From Takakia lepidozioides (lineage: Eukaryota; Plantae; Bryophyta), in the NCBI GenBank assembly GCA_030704615.1, contig CM060731.1, positions 83,514,001-83,578,000 of the forward strand: 64,000 nucleotides of DNA. The letters are read 5' to 3'. The position numbers and the translations under genes were made by a program. How positions within the stretch are numbered: position 1 is the first letter of the stretch; the number at the start of each line of letters is the position of its first letter. The notes under the pieces were generated by a model. That model did not search any database. It had not been told where the DNA came from and saw only the letters and a program-made list of their open reading frames with translations. This document shows, piece by piece, positions 25,006-37,296 of this stretch.

Positions 25006-25239
25006 ATGGCAGAAAACCCGAGCGCTATAGTATACTGCCCTCCTCACGAGCATAGAGCTACATTTCCGTGCAGAGGGGAGATCTGCCGGGTGATGGAGAA
25101 ATATCTCTGCGTTCGATACCACCTGAAATCGGGGTCGGTATTTTTGGAGGAGGAAAGGAAGGATTCAAACGGAGTTGTAGTCGAAAGTATTGTTGTGCTC
25201 CACGATGATTTCGGCGACGGCAGGGAATGGCGAGTCCCG
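25006..25239 (+). pseudogene. 5' end of family-1 transposase, truncated
   Basis: MAENPSAIVYCPPHEHRATFPCRGEICRVMEKYLCVRYHL...GREWRVP is near-identical to 15030-14800 (minus); upstream 24770-25005 also matches 15030-15260. Confidence 0.88.
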
Positions 25240-27927
25240 GACAGGGGAAAACCCTGCGCAACCCTAATGTCTTTCTTTTTGCGCTGCGAGAGTGCGCGCG
25301 ATGGCGGCTTGGAGGTGGCAATGGTACTCGTGCTGCAGATACCATGAGCTGCCAATCCCTGGAGTGTTTATGGCTCTTGTGAGCGCCGCCTCTGCGGGCT
25401 CTTTAAGGCGATGGCGGTGGCTTAGAGATGAGGGAAGATTCACTGTCTCATTTGTCTGTTTTTTTGCTGTACAAGGGAACAAAGGCAATGATGGTGGAGG
25501 TACCACCTGCCTGTTTATGAAGTTTCCCTAGGAGCACTCCTCTGGATCTTTGATGAATGGCGGCGTCTTGGTAGAACAAGGAAGTCTCTCTCTCCCTCCC
25601 TTTATAAACCCTACCTTATGAGACAAAGCTCTTTTTTCTTGTGCTTGGCAAGACTTTGCTTTGGTTAAGGTAGCAGTGTTGTGGTGTTGGCGGAGACCTC
25701 CCTGCATGGTTGGGTTTGTGGAGAGATGGCGACCATCCCCCAAACAGTAAAAAAGGTTTTTTTTCTGTTTGTCTTGCTTCCCTACAATATCTTATCTTGT
25801 CCCACTCAAGAACAAACCCCGCCCTCCCACCCTGTTTTGTCTTGGATGATTGGGTGGTGTCATTTGGGATGATTTGACAAGACTGGAAGTGTGAGATAGT
25901 GCCCTATCTAGAGCTGTTTATGGCTTTAATTGACAATGACCCTTATGGGTCTTGTCCATGTCCTGACATGACGTGAATATCTTCCCACTCTCTCCCTCTC
26001 ACTTATTAACTTTTTCTACCCCCTCTTTCCCTCTGTGGTTTTTTTTTTTGTGAGCAGCACAAAAGAGATGGAAGATACTTTTTGTCATGTCAAGACAAAG
26101 ACAGGATCCCTAGGGTCGTTGTCATGAAAGAATAATCAGACATATCAGCCACTTAACAGTGGCACCATCCATCAATCATCAAGCTTAGAAAATCCAGAAT
26201 TACATCCATGCACAGTAATATGTTTCATGTCAGTATGATTCATAATCCAGAGAGTATGCCACTGATGCTGATTGACCACCAGTCAAGATCATGATACACT
26301 TACATAGGTCTGGGTGGGATGGCGGGTACTTGGCCATATTTTGGCCTTGATGTGGTGCAGGTCACATAGTCATACAGATTTACTATCTGCAAGATGTAAT
26401 CCAAGCATACTTACTCAAACCCCATGGGTGTCATGGAGGGTTTTCTTAAAAAAGAAAGGAACACTTGGATATCACAGATTTAAATACCTTGCCTTGCCTG
26501 TATTTGTTTAGACTGGTGTGCAGTACAGCTTGCCCCCACAGGGGATGTGGATATGTCTGGTAAGTTTTCCAGAATATCCCTATATCTTTATTTCTTGCTA
26601 TAGCTGAAAATCAAAAGCTCATGACACAGCAAGGTAAATATAAAGGACTGCATACACATCCTGTGACAATATATGGTACTGTCAGTACACCCTTCACATC
26701 ATTCCACATTTGACCATGTCATTAGACCATGTCCAGGGGGTATTTCCACTTGACCACCCTGGCTACCTCAAAAACCAGTTACCATTTATATTACTGCCAT
26801 ATTTCAGTGTCAGCCGAATAGCCACAGGCAAAAACTTCACCATACCCTGGCCTAAGCATCTAGCTGACAAAGCCATCTGGGTTGGAACATAACAGGGGCC
26901 TTTTACCAACAGAGGTACCCGAGTAGCTACAGCAAACAGTTCCATGCATCCTCTCAATTTGTTTCCAACTACCATAAGGTAAGCAAAGCAAACTAGGGCC
27001 TGGAAAACAGATGTGTGTCTCTCACACAAGCCATCATAAACCCGGCTGTCACATCATAACAGAGGTTTTCCACTGGTTGGGCCGAACTAGCCCATCGTAG
27101 AAAACATTACACTTGTTCTTCAAAAATCAAGGAAGGAAAGAGGTAGGATAAAAAAAAACCATAGAGTAGTTTAGTTTTTCAACATTTTAGGATGAGTCCC
27201 TGGCAAACGATTCCTTCCCCAGCTCTGCAATCCCACTTGGCATCCAGCAGCACCTAGACATCAGGATATTAAGTGGAAGCCCTCACCTGTGCCCGTCCCA
27301 AAAACAACCACAACGCATTGTGAGTTGGTGAGGATGCACGAGGTGATCCACACTTGCTATCGAGGTCAAATACACTTCAATCTAAGCGCAGAGAATGCCA
27401 AAGCAAGCAAGGAAGCAAAACCAACAGAAAAAAAAACTTTTTTTACTGTTTAGGGGAGAGTCGTCATCTCTCCACAAGCCTAACCGTGCAGGGAGGTCTC
27501 CCCCAACACCACAACACTGCTACCTTAACCAAAGCAAGATCTTGCCAAGCACAAGAAAAAAAGAGCTTGGTTTCAAAAGGTAGGGTTTATAAAGGGAGGG
27601 AGAGAGACTTCCTTGTGCCGCCATTCATCAAAGATCCAGATGAGGGCTCCTAGGGAAACGTCCTAGGCATGCAGGTGGTGCCTCCGCCATCACTGCCGCG
27701 GTTCCCTTGTGCAGCAAAAAAACAGACAACTGAGACAGGGAATCTTCCCTCATCACTAAGCCACCGCCATCGCCTTAAAGAGCTCGCCCAGGCGTCGCTC
27801 ACAGGAGCCATAAACACTCAACGATTGGCAGCTCAAGGTATCTGCAGCACGAGCACCATCGCTCCTTACAAGCCGCCATCGCGCGCGCTCAGAAAGACAT
27901 TAGGGTTGCGCAGGGTTTTCCCCCGTC
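25240..27927. repeat. Segment bounded by long (about 0.5 kb) imperfect inverted repeats (foldback-like)
   Basis: 25240 GACAGGGGAAAACCCTGCGCAACCCTAATGTCTTTCT versus the reverse complement of 27891-27927; homology continues 25240-25780 versus about 27410-27927. Confidence 0.8.
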
Positions 27928-30820
27928 TGGCCCGTCATCCATTCTTCTTAGGATGAAAAACATCCGCCAGTCTGTCCGTCCGACGGACGTTGTCCGTTTC
28001 TCATTCGTGGAAAATGAAAGACATCGTGCTTTCATCCAGTCCTGCACTCAACGGATGTAGTCCGTATTTCATCTAGGTTAGATGAAAAACATGGGGGATT
28101 TTTTATAAAAAACCTGTCTTGCCCTGTATTTAGGTCCTGTAAGATGAGGTCCTTTTTTCATCCAGGTTGGATTGAAAAAATAGAAACTGACGGGAGTTTC
28201 ACAGGTTTTTTAGTGAAGAAATATTTCACCAAAAAATATAGTTTAAAAAAAAATGGATAAAGAACATCCAAAATTCCCTGCAACCCAATTTTGCAATTTT
28301 TTTCATTTTCCTCAAGGATGGAAGTCGGGACAACAATTCCATAAGCCTAGTGTCCAGAGGGAGAGAGAGGGAGAGATCAGGAAATAAAAAGAAAAAAGAA
28401 AAAGATGGGGGGGAGTGACTGAGCAGCAGCTGCTCAGTCACTCCCCCCCCCCCCCCCCCAACTCCCCCCCACCTTTTTGTTTTTTCTTTGTTGCCCCCTC
28501 TCTCCCTCTTTCTCCTTCTCTACTGGGAATTGGCAGTTTGCTATCAGTGTTGACTTCTTGTTTTCTCATCCTCTATCAGGTTTTTTCATCCATACCGGAT
28601 GAGCCACCAGGATGGACACTGAATTACCTCTAGGATGGTTCTTTTGGCCTTTATTGACTCTCATCCATACCGGATGAGTCACCATGGAAGAAAAAAATTA
28701 CCTCTATGGAGGTTGCCAACAACATCTTGTTTTTCCATCCGTACCGGATGAAAAACTACCAGGGTGATAATTTTTCATTCCTCTTTTATTGACTCTTTTT
28801 ATCCATACCGGATGGTCTGGTGAGGAATGATAGAATTACCTAGATGGAGGTAAGGCGCTGCCACGGATGATATTCCCTACTTTTTCATCCTGACACAAGT
28901 GATCTGTCTATGGATGATGTGATTATGGCCTGGAATTGATCTTTACTACCCCTAATTATGATTAATTACGGTGGAAACCCTAACCCCTACCCCAAAACCT
29001 ATTTTTAACCTTGCTGCGGATGAAATCCGTCGGGGTATACGGATTTGTCCTACTATTTTTCATCCACGGATGAATAATCGGGGGACAACCCTATGTCGTC
29101 TCTCCCGCTGTCAGAAGCACGCGATGTGCTTCTGAGCTCGCGAGGAGAGTGTTATGGCGGACGTGCTTCGGTGGCTGCCCCGTTGTGATGTCGTACCCAT
29201 GCTGGACGAGCGCCTGGGGGGGCGCGAAGGCGGCGCCTTGTCTCTCTTGCAGTGGGAAACACCGCTATGAATGCAGTGGCATCTTCCCTCCTCTGGCTTT
29301 TTTCTGTGCTTAGCTAGGATACTTATGATGGGAAGTTCTCTCCCTCCTTTCTAGTGCCTTGCGATTGTGCCTGCTTTGCTTCATTGCTTATGTGCTTTGT
29401 GGAGGCGGCTTGCTGCGGGTGGTGATGGCGCATAACCCTCTTCCCCAATCGCTTAAGGTGCCTTTGGAGTTTAGGGATTCTCATGTTCTTATCTCTTTCT
29501 CTTGTTTTTGAGTTTCTTAGTTGACATCGATGACAAGTGTGAGGGTCTGTGATTCACCTGGGGTTCCACAATCCTCACTAACCTGTTGGTTTTTGTGGGG
29601 GCTTGTGATGGGACCAGGTGAGGATCCTCACCTACTTTGAAGTTTCTTGAGCATGCAGATTGGGATATGGGCTGAGGAGACCTAGGGGTTTGTGCGCTGT
29701 GAGGTGGCTGTTGCCTGCAGCCCCGATTTCAACCCGACTGCCCCTGGCTTGACATGCTACAGCCTGTGTTCTGGCCTTTGTCATTCTGCCGCCGATGCGC
29801 AGCTCGGCCTGACTGGCTTGTTTCCTGAGGCTTGCATACAAACCATACCCTACCTTTTGATCTTTGACAACAAAGCCTATGGATTATTAAGCTAGGTTGT
29901 AAGTTCTTTTGGCCAAAGAGGATCTGGTTTTTGGTGGTATGTTTTTGGCGGTTTTGGGTGACTATGGACCTGGTGGCCCTTGAAGTTTATGGCGGCAGCC
30001 TGGTAGGGTACTGCCCTGCTCCTTTTCAGGCGTGCTTCTGATGTGTAGTAAGGTGTTCTTTGCATGTCTCAGCATGGAACTCTTGAAGGATGAGGATGGT
30101 AAGCTGCAATGGGATCCTACCTATAGTTTTGGATATGTCATGACATCAAGCCTATGACCTGCAATCTGTTTTTTTTTTAATATACAAAAGAGGCTGGATC
30201 TCGGCTGTTCATGCTGCTTGTTGGTACAAGTCTTGAACCTGCAATTTGACAGGCTGCATTCACATTCCCTTGATACCTTGTATGATCACATGTCTCGGGG
30301 TGAATACAAATGATATGGAATCTATTTCATCTTGCTCAAGTTGGACTGCTTGGTGGCATACTGAGATTCTGACAAACTGCAGGCTGGTCCTTATGCCTTG
30401 GCTGATGCATGACCTGCCATAATTAATGGCTGAAACGGTAGGCTGCTGGTATGTGTACAGGCTGAACCAAGAGGCCTTGTAGCCTGCACAGGGGCAGCAA
30501 TATCTTATCTTGTCCCACACATAAACAAATGATTCATTGGCCAAGATGGCCGGATCTCGGGTGTTCAAGATGCTTGCATCCCCTACATGAACAAACCCTG
30601 CCCTCCCACTCTGTTTTATCATGACTGATTGGGTGATGTCAATTCATGGGAAGCTATGACAAGAATGGAAATGTTAGATGGTGCCCTGTTTTGGGTTGTT
30701 TATGTCTTTAATTGACAATGACCCTAGTGGGTCTTGTCCATGTCTTGACATTACATGAATATCTTCCCTCTTTCTGTCCCTCTTTGTCCCTCTCCCTCTC
30801 TCTTTTTAACTTTTTCTGCA

Positions 30821-31525
30821 GAGGGGTCAACTTTGAGGTTAAGAAAACCATGCTTTGTCGCATTATTAGACCTGCCTTGGAGTACGGATCTGCAATATGG
30901 GTTGATAAATCTGACTAAGAGGCTGTAGTGTCCAAAGCCATGTCTGTTGCCATGAGATTGTCTGATGAAAATGAAGTTAGGCAGAAAACTTCCCTGAACT
31001 TGTTTCCAGTCAGTGACATGGGGGAGGACGTCTTGGATGACCTCAAGGGTCTACCCACTCTCGGCACTAGACTGAAATTTAAACTCAGGACAAGAAGCCT
31101 ACCTTTGAACAACAAACAGAAGCAGAGAGGAAAGGGAGAGTGCAATTGCCCGTTGGGCACTCGGAAGACAGTACTCATTTTTTGATACACTGTCCGGGGT
31201 TCTCTCACCAAAGAGACGCTCTCTTCAAATCTATCAAGGGAATTGTGCCTATACCTCTGTTTACCAAAGTCTCAAGGCTGAGTCAAAAGCCTAGGCCCTC
31301 CTAAAGCCTAGTTATTGGGCAAATCACACATAGCAGATTGATGCTTGTGTGAAGGGATTTCTAGAGGATATCTGGAAAACCCGGATTAATTCTATATATG
31401 AAGGTAAGTCTTACTACCAACGTCAGCCCCTGACAGAGGCAGGTTCTGTCCCATTTGTTTCCGCTCAAACTGGGCGCGGGGTCAATGGCCACAAGGCTAC
31501 GGCAAACAACGTCTTATGAGTACAA
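30821..31525 (+). mobile_element. 5'-truncated, internally deleted non-LTR retrotransposon (LINE 3' end) with a 20-bp target-site duplication
   Basis: IIRPALEYGSAIW, LKFKLRTRSLPLN and a C..C...ED..HFLI.C zinc finger. TCTTTTTAACTTTTTCTGCA occurs at 30801-30820 and 31526-31545. The insert is absent from the paralogous repeat near 26000. Confidence 0.9.
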
Positions 31526-31592
31526 TCTTTTTAACTTTTTCTGCACTCTCTCTCCCTTGTGGTTTGTTTATTTTTGTGCGCAGCAAAAAAAA

Positions 31593-31595
<3 letters not shown>

Positions 31596-31635
<40 letters not shown>
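31596..31635 (+). repeat. (GA)n microsatellite
   Basis: Direct reading; absent in the paralogous copy near 26065. Confidence 0.95.
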
Positions 31636-31638
<3 letters not shown>

Positions 31639-33662
31639 ACTTTTTGTCATGTCAAGACAAAGACAGGACCCCTAGGGTCGTTGTCATGAATAAGAAGAAT
31701 AATTAGACATATCAGCCACTTAACAGTGGCACCATCCATCAATCATCAAGCTTAGATAATCCAGAATTACATCCATGCACAGTAATGTGTTCATATCAGT
31801 ATTATTCATAACCCAAAGAGTATTCCACTGATGCTGATTGACCATCATTCATGACCATGATACACATTCAGAGGTCTGGGTGGGATGGCGGGTACTTGGC
31901 CATATTTTGGCCTTGATGTGGTGCAGGTCAAATGGTCATACAGATTTACTGTCCGCAAGCTGTAATCCAAGCATACTTACTCAAACCCCATTGGTGTCAT
32001 GGAGGGTTTTTAAAAAAGAAAAAGAAAAAGAACACTTAGATATCACAGATTTAAATACCTTGCACTGCCAGTATTAGTTTAAACTGGTCTGCAGCACAGC
32101 TTGCCCCCACAGGGGAGGGGGATATGTCTGGTAAGTTTTCCAGAATACCCCTATACCATTATTTCTTGCTACAGCTGAAAATCAAAGTTCATGACACAAC
32201 AAGGTAAATATAAAGGACTGCATACACATCCTGTGACAGTATATGATACTGTCAGTATACCCTATTCACATCATTCCACATTTGACCATATCATTACACC
32301 ATGTCCGGGGTATTTCCACTTAACCACCCTGGCTGCCTCAAAAAACCAGTTCTATTGCTGCCATATTTCAGTGTCAGCCGAATAGCCACAGGCAGAATCT
32401 TCACCATACCCTGGCCTAAGCATCTAGCTGACAAAGCCATCCGGGTTGGAACATAACAGGGGCATTTTACCAACATGGGTATCCGAGTAGCTGTAGCAAA
32501 CAGTTCCTTGCAGCCTCTCATTTTGTCTCCAACTACCATAAGGTAAGCAAAGCAAACTAGGGCTTGGAAAACAGACGTGTGTCTCTCACACAAGCCATCA
32601 TAAACCCGGCTGTCACAACAAAGCAGAGGTCTTCCACTGGCTGGGCCGAAATAGCCCATCGTAGAAAGCATTACACTTGTTCTTCATAAATAAAGGAAGG
32701 AAAGAGGTAGGATCAAGAAAAACCATAGAGTAGTTTAGTTTTTCAACATTTTAAGATGAGTCCATGGCAAGCAATTCCTTCCCCAGCTCTGCAATCCCAC
32801 TTGGCATCCAGCAACACCTGGACATCGGTATATTAAGTGGAAGCCCTCACATGTGCCCGTCCCAAAAACAACCACAACGCATTGTGAGTTAGTGAGGATG
32901 CACGAGGTGAGTAGCAGGCTTCCACACTTGCTATCGAGGTCAAATACAATTGAATCTAAGCGCAGAGAATGCCAAAGAAAGCAGGGAAGCAAGACAAAAA
33001 AAAAAAAAAAAAAAAAAACCTTTTTACTGTTTGGGGGAGGGTCGCCATCTCTCCACAAGCCTAACCGTGCAGGGAGGTCTCCCCCAACACCACAGCATTG
33101 CTACCTTAACCAAAGCAACGTCTTGCCAAGCACAAGAAAAAAGAGCTTGGTCTCAAAAGGTAGGATTTATGGTAGGGTTTAAGGTAGGGTCTCAAAAGGT
33201 AGGGTTCTTTGCAGCCTCTCATTTTGTTTCCAACTACCATAAGGCAAGCAAAGCAAACTAGTGCCTGAAAAATAGATGCGTGTCTCACACAAGCCATCAT
33301 AAACACGGCTGTCACAACCAAGCAAAGGTCTCCCACTGGCTGGGCTGAAATAGCCCACCTTAAACAACACTATACTTGTTCTTCATAGATAAAAGAAAGA
33401 GGTAGGATCAAGAAAAACCATAGAGTAGTTTAATTTTTCAACGTTCATTTTCAGATGAATCCATGGCCAGCAATCCCTTCCCCGGCTCTGCAACCCATTT
33501 GGCATCCAGCAGCACTTAGACATCAGCATATTAAGTGGAAGCCCTCACCTGTGCCCGTCCCAAAAACAACCACAACGCTCTGGTCTTCCATATTCCACAT
33601 GTTTGTTTCTGTTTGTTTCCATTGACCTTGTGCTGATGCAACTCTCTTGCATTCCCTTGCAG

Positions 33663-36600
33663 CAAGACATTGCAGATGCAGGGGAGCGTGGCAAACTGGA
33701 ATACTACAGCTCTACCCCTGAGGAGAGAAGGACAGCAAAGGGGGTTGAGAGTCGCATCCAGAAAGAGATGACCGCTACAAGAAGGACTATAATGAGTGCT
33801 TTCGTGAAGCAGTTGAGAATTGCCGACTCATCATTCGGACCATTTCTCCTGGAGATAAAAAAACCATTATAACAAGCCAGGCAAGCCAGAAATGGCCCAG
33901 GAGAAGTTGCACAGGTTGTCTACCGCCGTTGTGTCTCCAGAACAAAAGGTGAAGTGGCTGCAGATATGGAACTCCGATCCCACAGTTAGGGATACCCACA
34001 TGTTCCCAAGGCCGGAGAAAGAGAAGAAGACCCAGCGTGTCATTCCTATCAGTGACAATGTGCTGGACACCTGGCTTCACAAGGCCACTTACTGGAGCCA
34101 AGTGTGATGTCCTTCCCTGTGTCACTGTCTTTTCTCTTTTCCTGTCCTTATCTTTCTATTGCCTCTTACATTCGCTGTGATTGCTTTTGGGTTCATTCTT
34201 GCATTTGTATTGTTTTGCAGTTGGAAGAAAGGGCCAGATCGGTTCTGCATACTCAGCTGGCTGACTATGGCATCAGTATGATAGCACCGAAGGTGTCCTT
34301 CAAAGCATACATGAGGAAATGGAGAGCCACAGTGTGGCACTCTTGTTTCTTTAGAGAGTTCAACAAGGAGGGTGGCATCAGTCGAACAAATGAGCTGGAC
34401 CAGCAAGAAAAAGGAGAGGAAGCCTGGAAACGATGCCTTTATAGGTGCACACTCTTGCACTACTTATTTGTGCTGTGGTTGCAATGTGTTGTGTGCCATA
34501 CTGTTGAAGGGGGTCTTCCTGGTGTGATGGAAAAGTTGCCACACAATATTTCCATTGTAAAATGAGGCTGTCTCTGTTGCTGCAGGTACATAAAGTTTGT
34601 TCTCCTGGAAGAGAATTGCCTGGACAAACATCCGGATTTCGTGGACCTGTGGCTTGTCCCTGCTGGCAACCAGACCATGTTTACTACTGGGATCTTGCAT
34701 GACTGGGGCCCAGACCATCTTTCTTCTTGTGGTTGGTATTTGGATTGCCCTCCTTCTGAGACCCCAGCTCCAGAGGTGTCTTTGAGGAGAGAGAATGACC
34801 GTATTGCAGCCACTGCCGCAGCAGCCGACCTCAACATTCATGAACGTAATTTGAGGACTCTTGCAGAGAAGGACCCTCCCGCTCAGGATACCCCAGGTAG
34901 AGGAAGAAAGGCAAAGGGAAAAGATGTTGCTGGTGTTGTTGGGAAGGGAAGGGGTAGAGGGAAGGTGGCACAAGGGCAAGGAAGTGTTGCAGATATTGGC
35001 CCTGTGGAGCATGTCCAGCAGACTCCACCGCATGGTAGGGGATCCGGGAGAAAAAACAAGGGGGTGGTTGATCCCAAGGACCCGTACCATGCAGTGGAAC
35101 ATCCCACGAGGGTCATTCGCCCAACCAGGTTGGAGATGGCCAACGTCGGGTTCCTTGCCATGATGGAGTCGAAGAAATCTGATTACAAGGGCAAGCCATC
35201 ACCAGTGTGGGACAGGATTGTGCAGTTCCTCAGCACGGTGCGTGTTCTCTTTGGGTTCTGTGGCTTCTGTTGTTTTTGTCTGTTGTGGGCATGGATCGTT
35301 TCTAAACTTGTGAGAATTCCATTGTATTTTTGTTTGCAGGCTAAAATGACCAAATCCTGGGTGAACGGGAAGGAGAAGCCATATGCAGCCGAACTCATCA
35401 TCTTGGACATCCCTGATGGGTTGGCAGTCCCGGATATCCCTCCATCGGGTGCTTGTCCGGGTTGGAATGCTTTTGATGAGCGCTACTGGCGGTGGGTTTT
35501 CTCCTTTTGCAACTTCTTCCTGTCCGATGCAGGTGTTTTGGTGCTCATCCAGTCCATCGACGGTCGGTGTCGCCGTGCACTTTCCAGCTATTTGAAAGCC
35601 TCGGGCATGAGAGTCGTGAAGACATGGAATTGTGTGAACAGCATGTACCTTACGAAGGGGGATCGTCCGGGAGAGATGGTGAGTTTGCCTTCTTCTTCCT
35701 CTTCTTGGTTGTTCTCGGATGGGGTTGTATAGGTCGCTCGAACTCATATGTAGGGGCCCGATTTTTTTTTGCTTCTTAGTTCCTTGTGGATGTCATGTTC
35801 GCAGACTCGTCTATTTGAAGCTGTTTGTCTCGTCCGGGTGCATCCACAAACGACTCCGGCCGGCATTACCGAGTTTGCCATCACTCATGGGGCCAAGTTC
35901 ATAGATGACAGGACAGATCCCCCCACGGATGACATGCATCACAACTACGTCGACAGCAACGTGTGCTTGCGAAGGGGGAATGGGGTTCCTTGGAGAGAGG
36001 CGAGGGAGAGGAGCCCGGCTTTCATTCAAACGATTGTGGAGTGCTGCACCTACACAGACGCCAGAGTTCTGGATTTGTCGATGGGCACAGGTTCGTCTCT
36101 TCAACATTCACATTTCATGAGGTTTGATTGAGCTTGCACTTTCAGCATTTCCCACCGTTCCGAATGTGTCTTCAATGTCTTCTTCATTCATTCTATTCCA
36201 TTGCAGGTGCTTCTTACCACGCTTGCAAGGCCAGTGCGCGACATCTCTTTGGGATTGAAGGGGATGCTGAGATTTACAAGAACCTCCTGATGGGTTTGGG
36301 TGGACACACTTCTCAAGTCCTTCCGAAGCCCCGCCCCGTTGATACTGATACAGAGGAGACTTCTGACAAGGAGCTGGACTCCGACTTTGCCCGTGAGTAA
36401 GTTCAACCTTTGCATGCTTGCATTGTTGTTTCAATATCGAGAATCGTTGTTCTTGAGGCAAAGTGCACATTGGAGACATCCTCTTTGTTGGACTTGTGCA
36501 TTGCATCATTGTGTTAAAAATGGGGTTTTGTGGACATGTGCAGGAGTCCGCGTGCTTCCACTTGCCCTCCAGGGCTATCATACCTATTTGGACTTGTTTG

Positions 36601-36784
36601 CAGTCCTCCTCGGTCTTGCGTGCTACCTTTCTATGCGGAGGCACTCGCAGCAAGCATGTCCGTTCATGGGACTCCGAGTCCACCTTATGACGGCCTTCGT
36701 AGAACACGTGGTGTTGGGGCCAGAATCTTTGTAGATGACATAGCACAGGAGGTGGACACTGATTGTGATGACTGCGACACTTGA
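33663..36784 (+). pseudogene. Companion gene B (second family): helical region plus beta-class N4/N6 DNA methyltransferase-like domain; 5' part missing
   Basis: Approximate exons 33663-34101, 34221-34444, 34586-35237, 35340-35678, 35805-36091, 36207-36396, 36544-36784. AELIILDIPDG; PWREARERSPAFIQTIVECCT-ARVLDLSMGTG|ASYHACKASARHLFGIEGD. EKLHRL, WYLDCPP and several intron positions are shared with gene A. In-frame TAA at about 33870. Confidence 0.82.
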
Positions 36785-37139
36785 TATGAAGTTTTCTTTT
36801 GGTTTAATTCTGGGCCAAATTTGAAATGGGATGGTTGTGTGTCCTTGTTGTCCTGTTTGCAATGTGTGCGTGGAATTCACATTCATGGTTACAAACTATT
36901 GTTGGAGATGGGGGTTGCATGGACTGCCTGGATTGTTCCTTCAATCTATTTAGTGTTTTGTGGACCTCACAGACTTAAGTACATTGCGAAAACAAACAAA
37001 CCACTTTGGTTCGTGTAGAGCATCCTCGCATCATTTGCTAGTTGGTCCCCAAACTATTCCTGCTAGAAGAATGGTTGGTGAATCCATCACGGTGAAGTCC
37101 ACCTCATCAAAAACTGTTCAGGCATTCTCAATTCTACCC

Positions 37140-37296
37140 AAATCAACCCGCAGAAATAGGTGACACCACTCGGAAATAGGTGACATCCGCGGAAATAGGC
37201 ACTGTTTGCATGCTGACGTGGCGTGAGCCTGTGCTGGGCTCACGCTTTCCTGGGCTCACAGGCTCACGCCTCCGGGCTCACGGAATAGCACCCCCC
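37140..37296. mobile_element. M-end terminus of the gene-B element
   Basis: Three GAAATAGG subterminal repeats, GCTCAC repeats, ending GCTCACGGAATAGCACCCCCC; inverted copy at 55900-56035. Confidence 0.82.

Larger units (their letters stand above)
8170..25239. mobile_element. Family-1 large Mutator-like element: M-end, companion ParB-MTase gene (minus), palindrome array, 5' part of transposase (plus); contains a nested derivative and is truncated on the right
   Basis: Terminus GGGGGTTGCTATTTCATGAGC at 8170 with CGGAAATAGG subterminal repeats; companion-gene exons 8361-22140; array 22230-24590; transposase start at 25006. Confidence 0.65.
25790..33580 (+). repeat. Dispersed non-coding direct repeats: 25790-27575 matches 30500-30820 + 31546-33165; third partial copy at 33210-33580
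   Basis: Long collinear matches, e.g. AGATACTTTTTGTCATGTCAAGACAAAGACAGGA, CCAACTACCATAAGG, GTGCCCGTCCCAAAAACAACCACAACGC. Confidence 0.85.

Noticed and set aside
28975-29010. AAACCCTAA telomere-like motif
   Set aside because: Only one or two degenerate units; not an array.
8361-36784. Bacterial contamination or a plasmid/phage origin for the ParB and MTase sequences
   Set aside because: Both genes have GT-AG introns at shared positions and are interleaved with plant TEs. An ancient horizontal origin remains possible.
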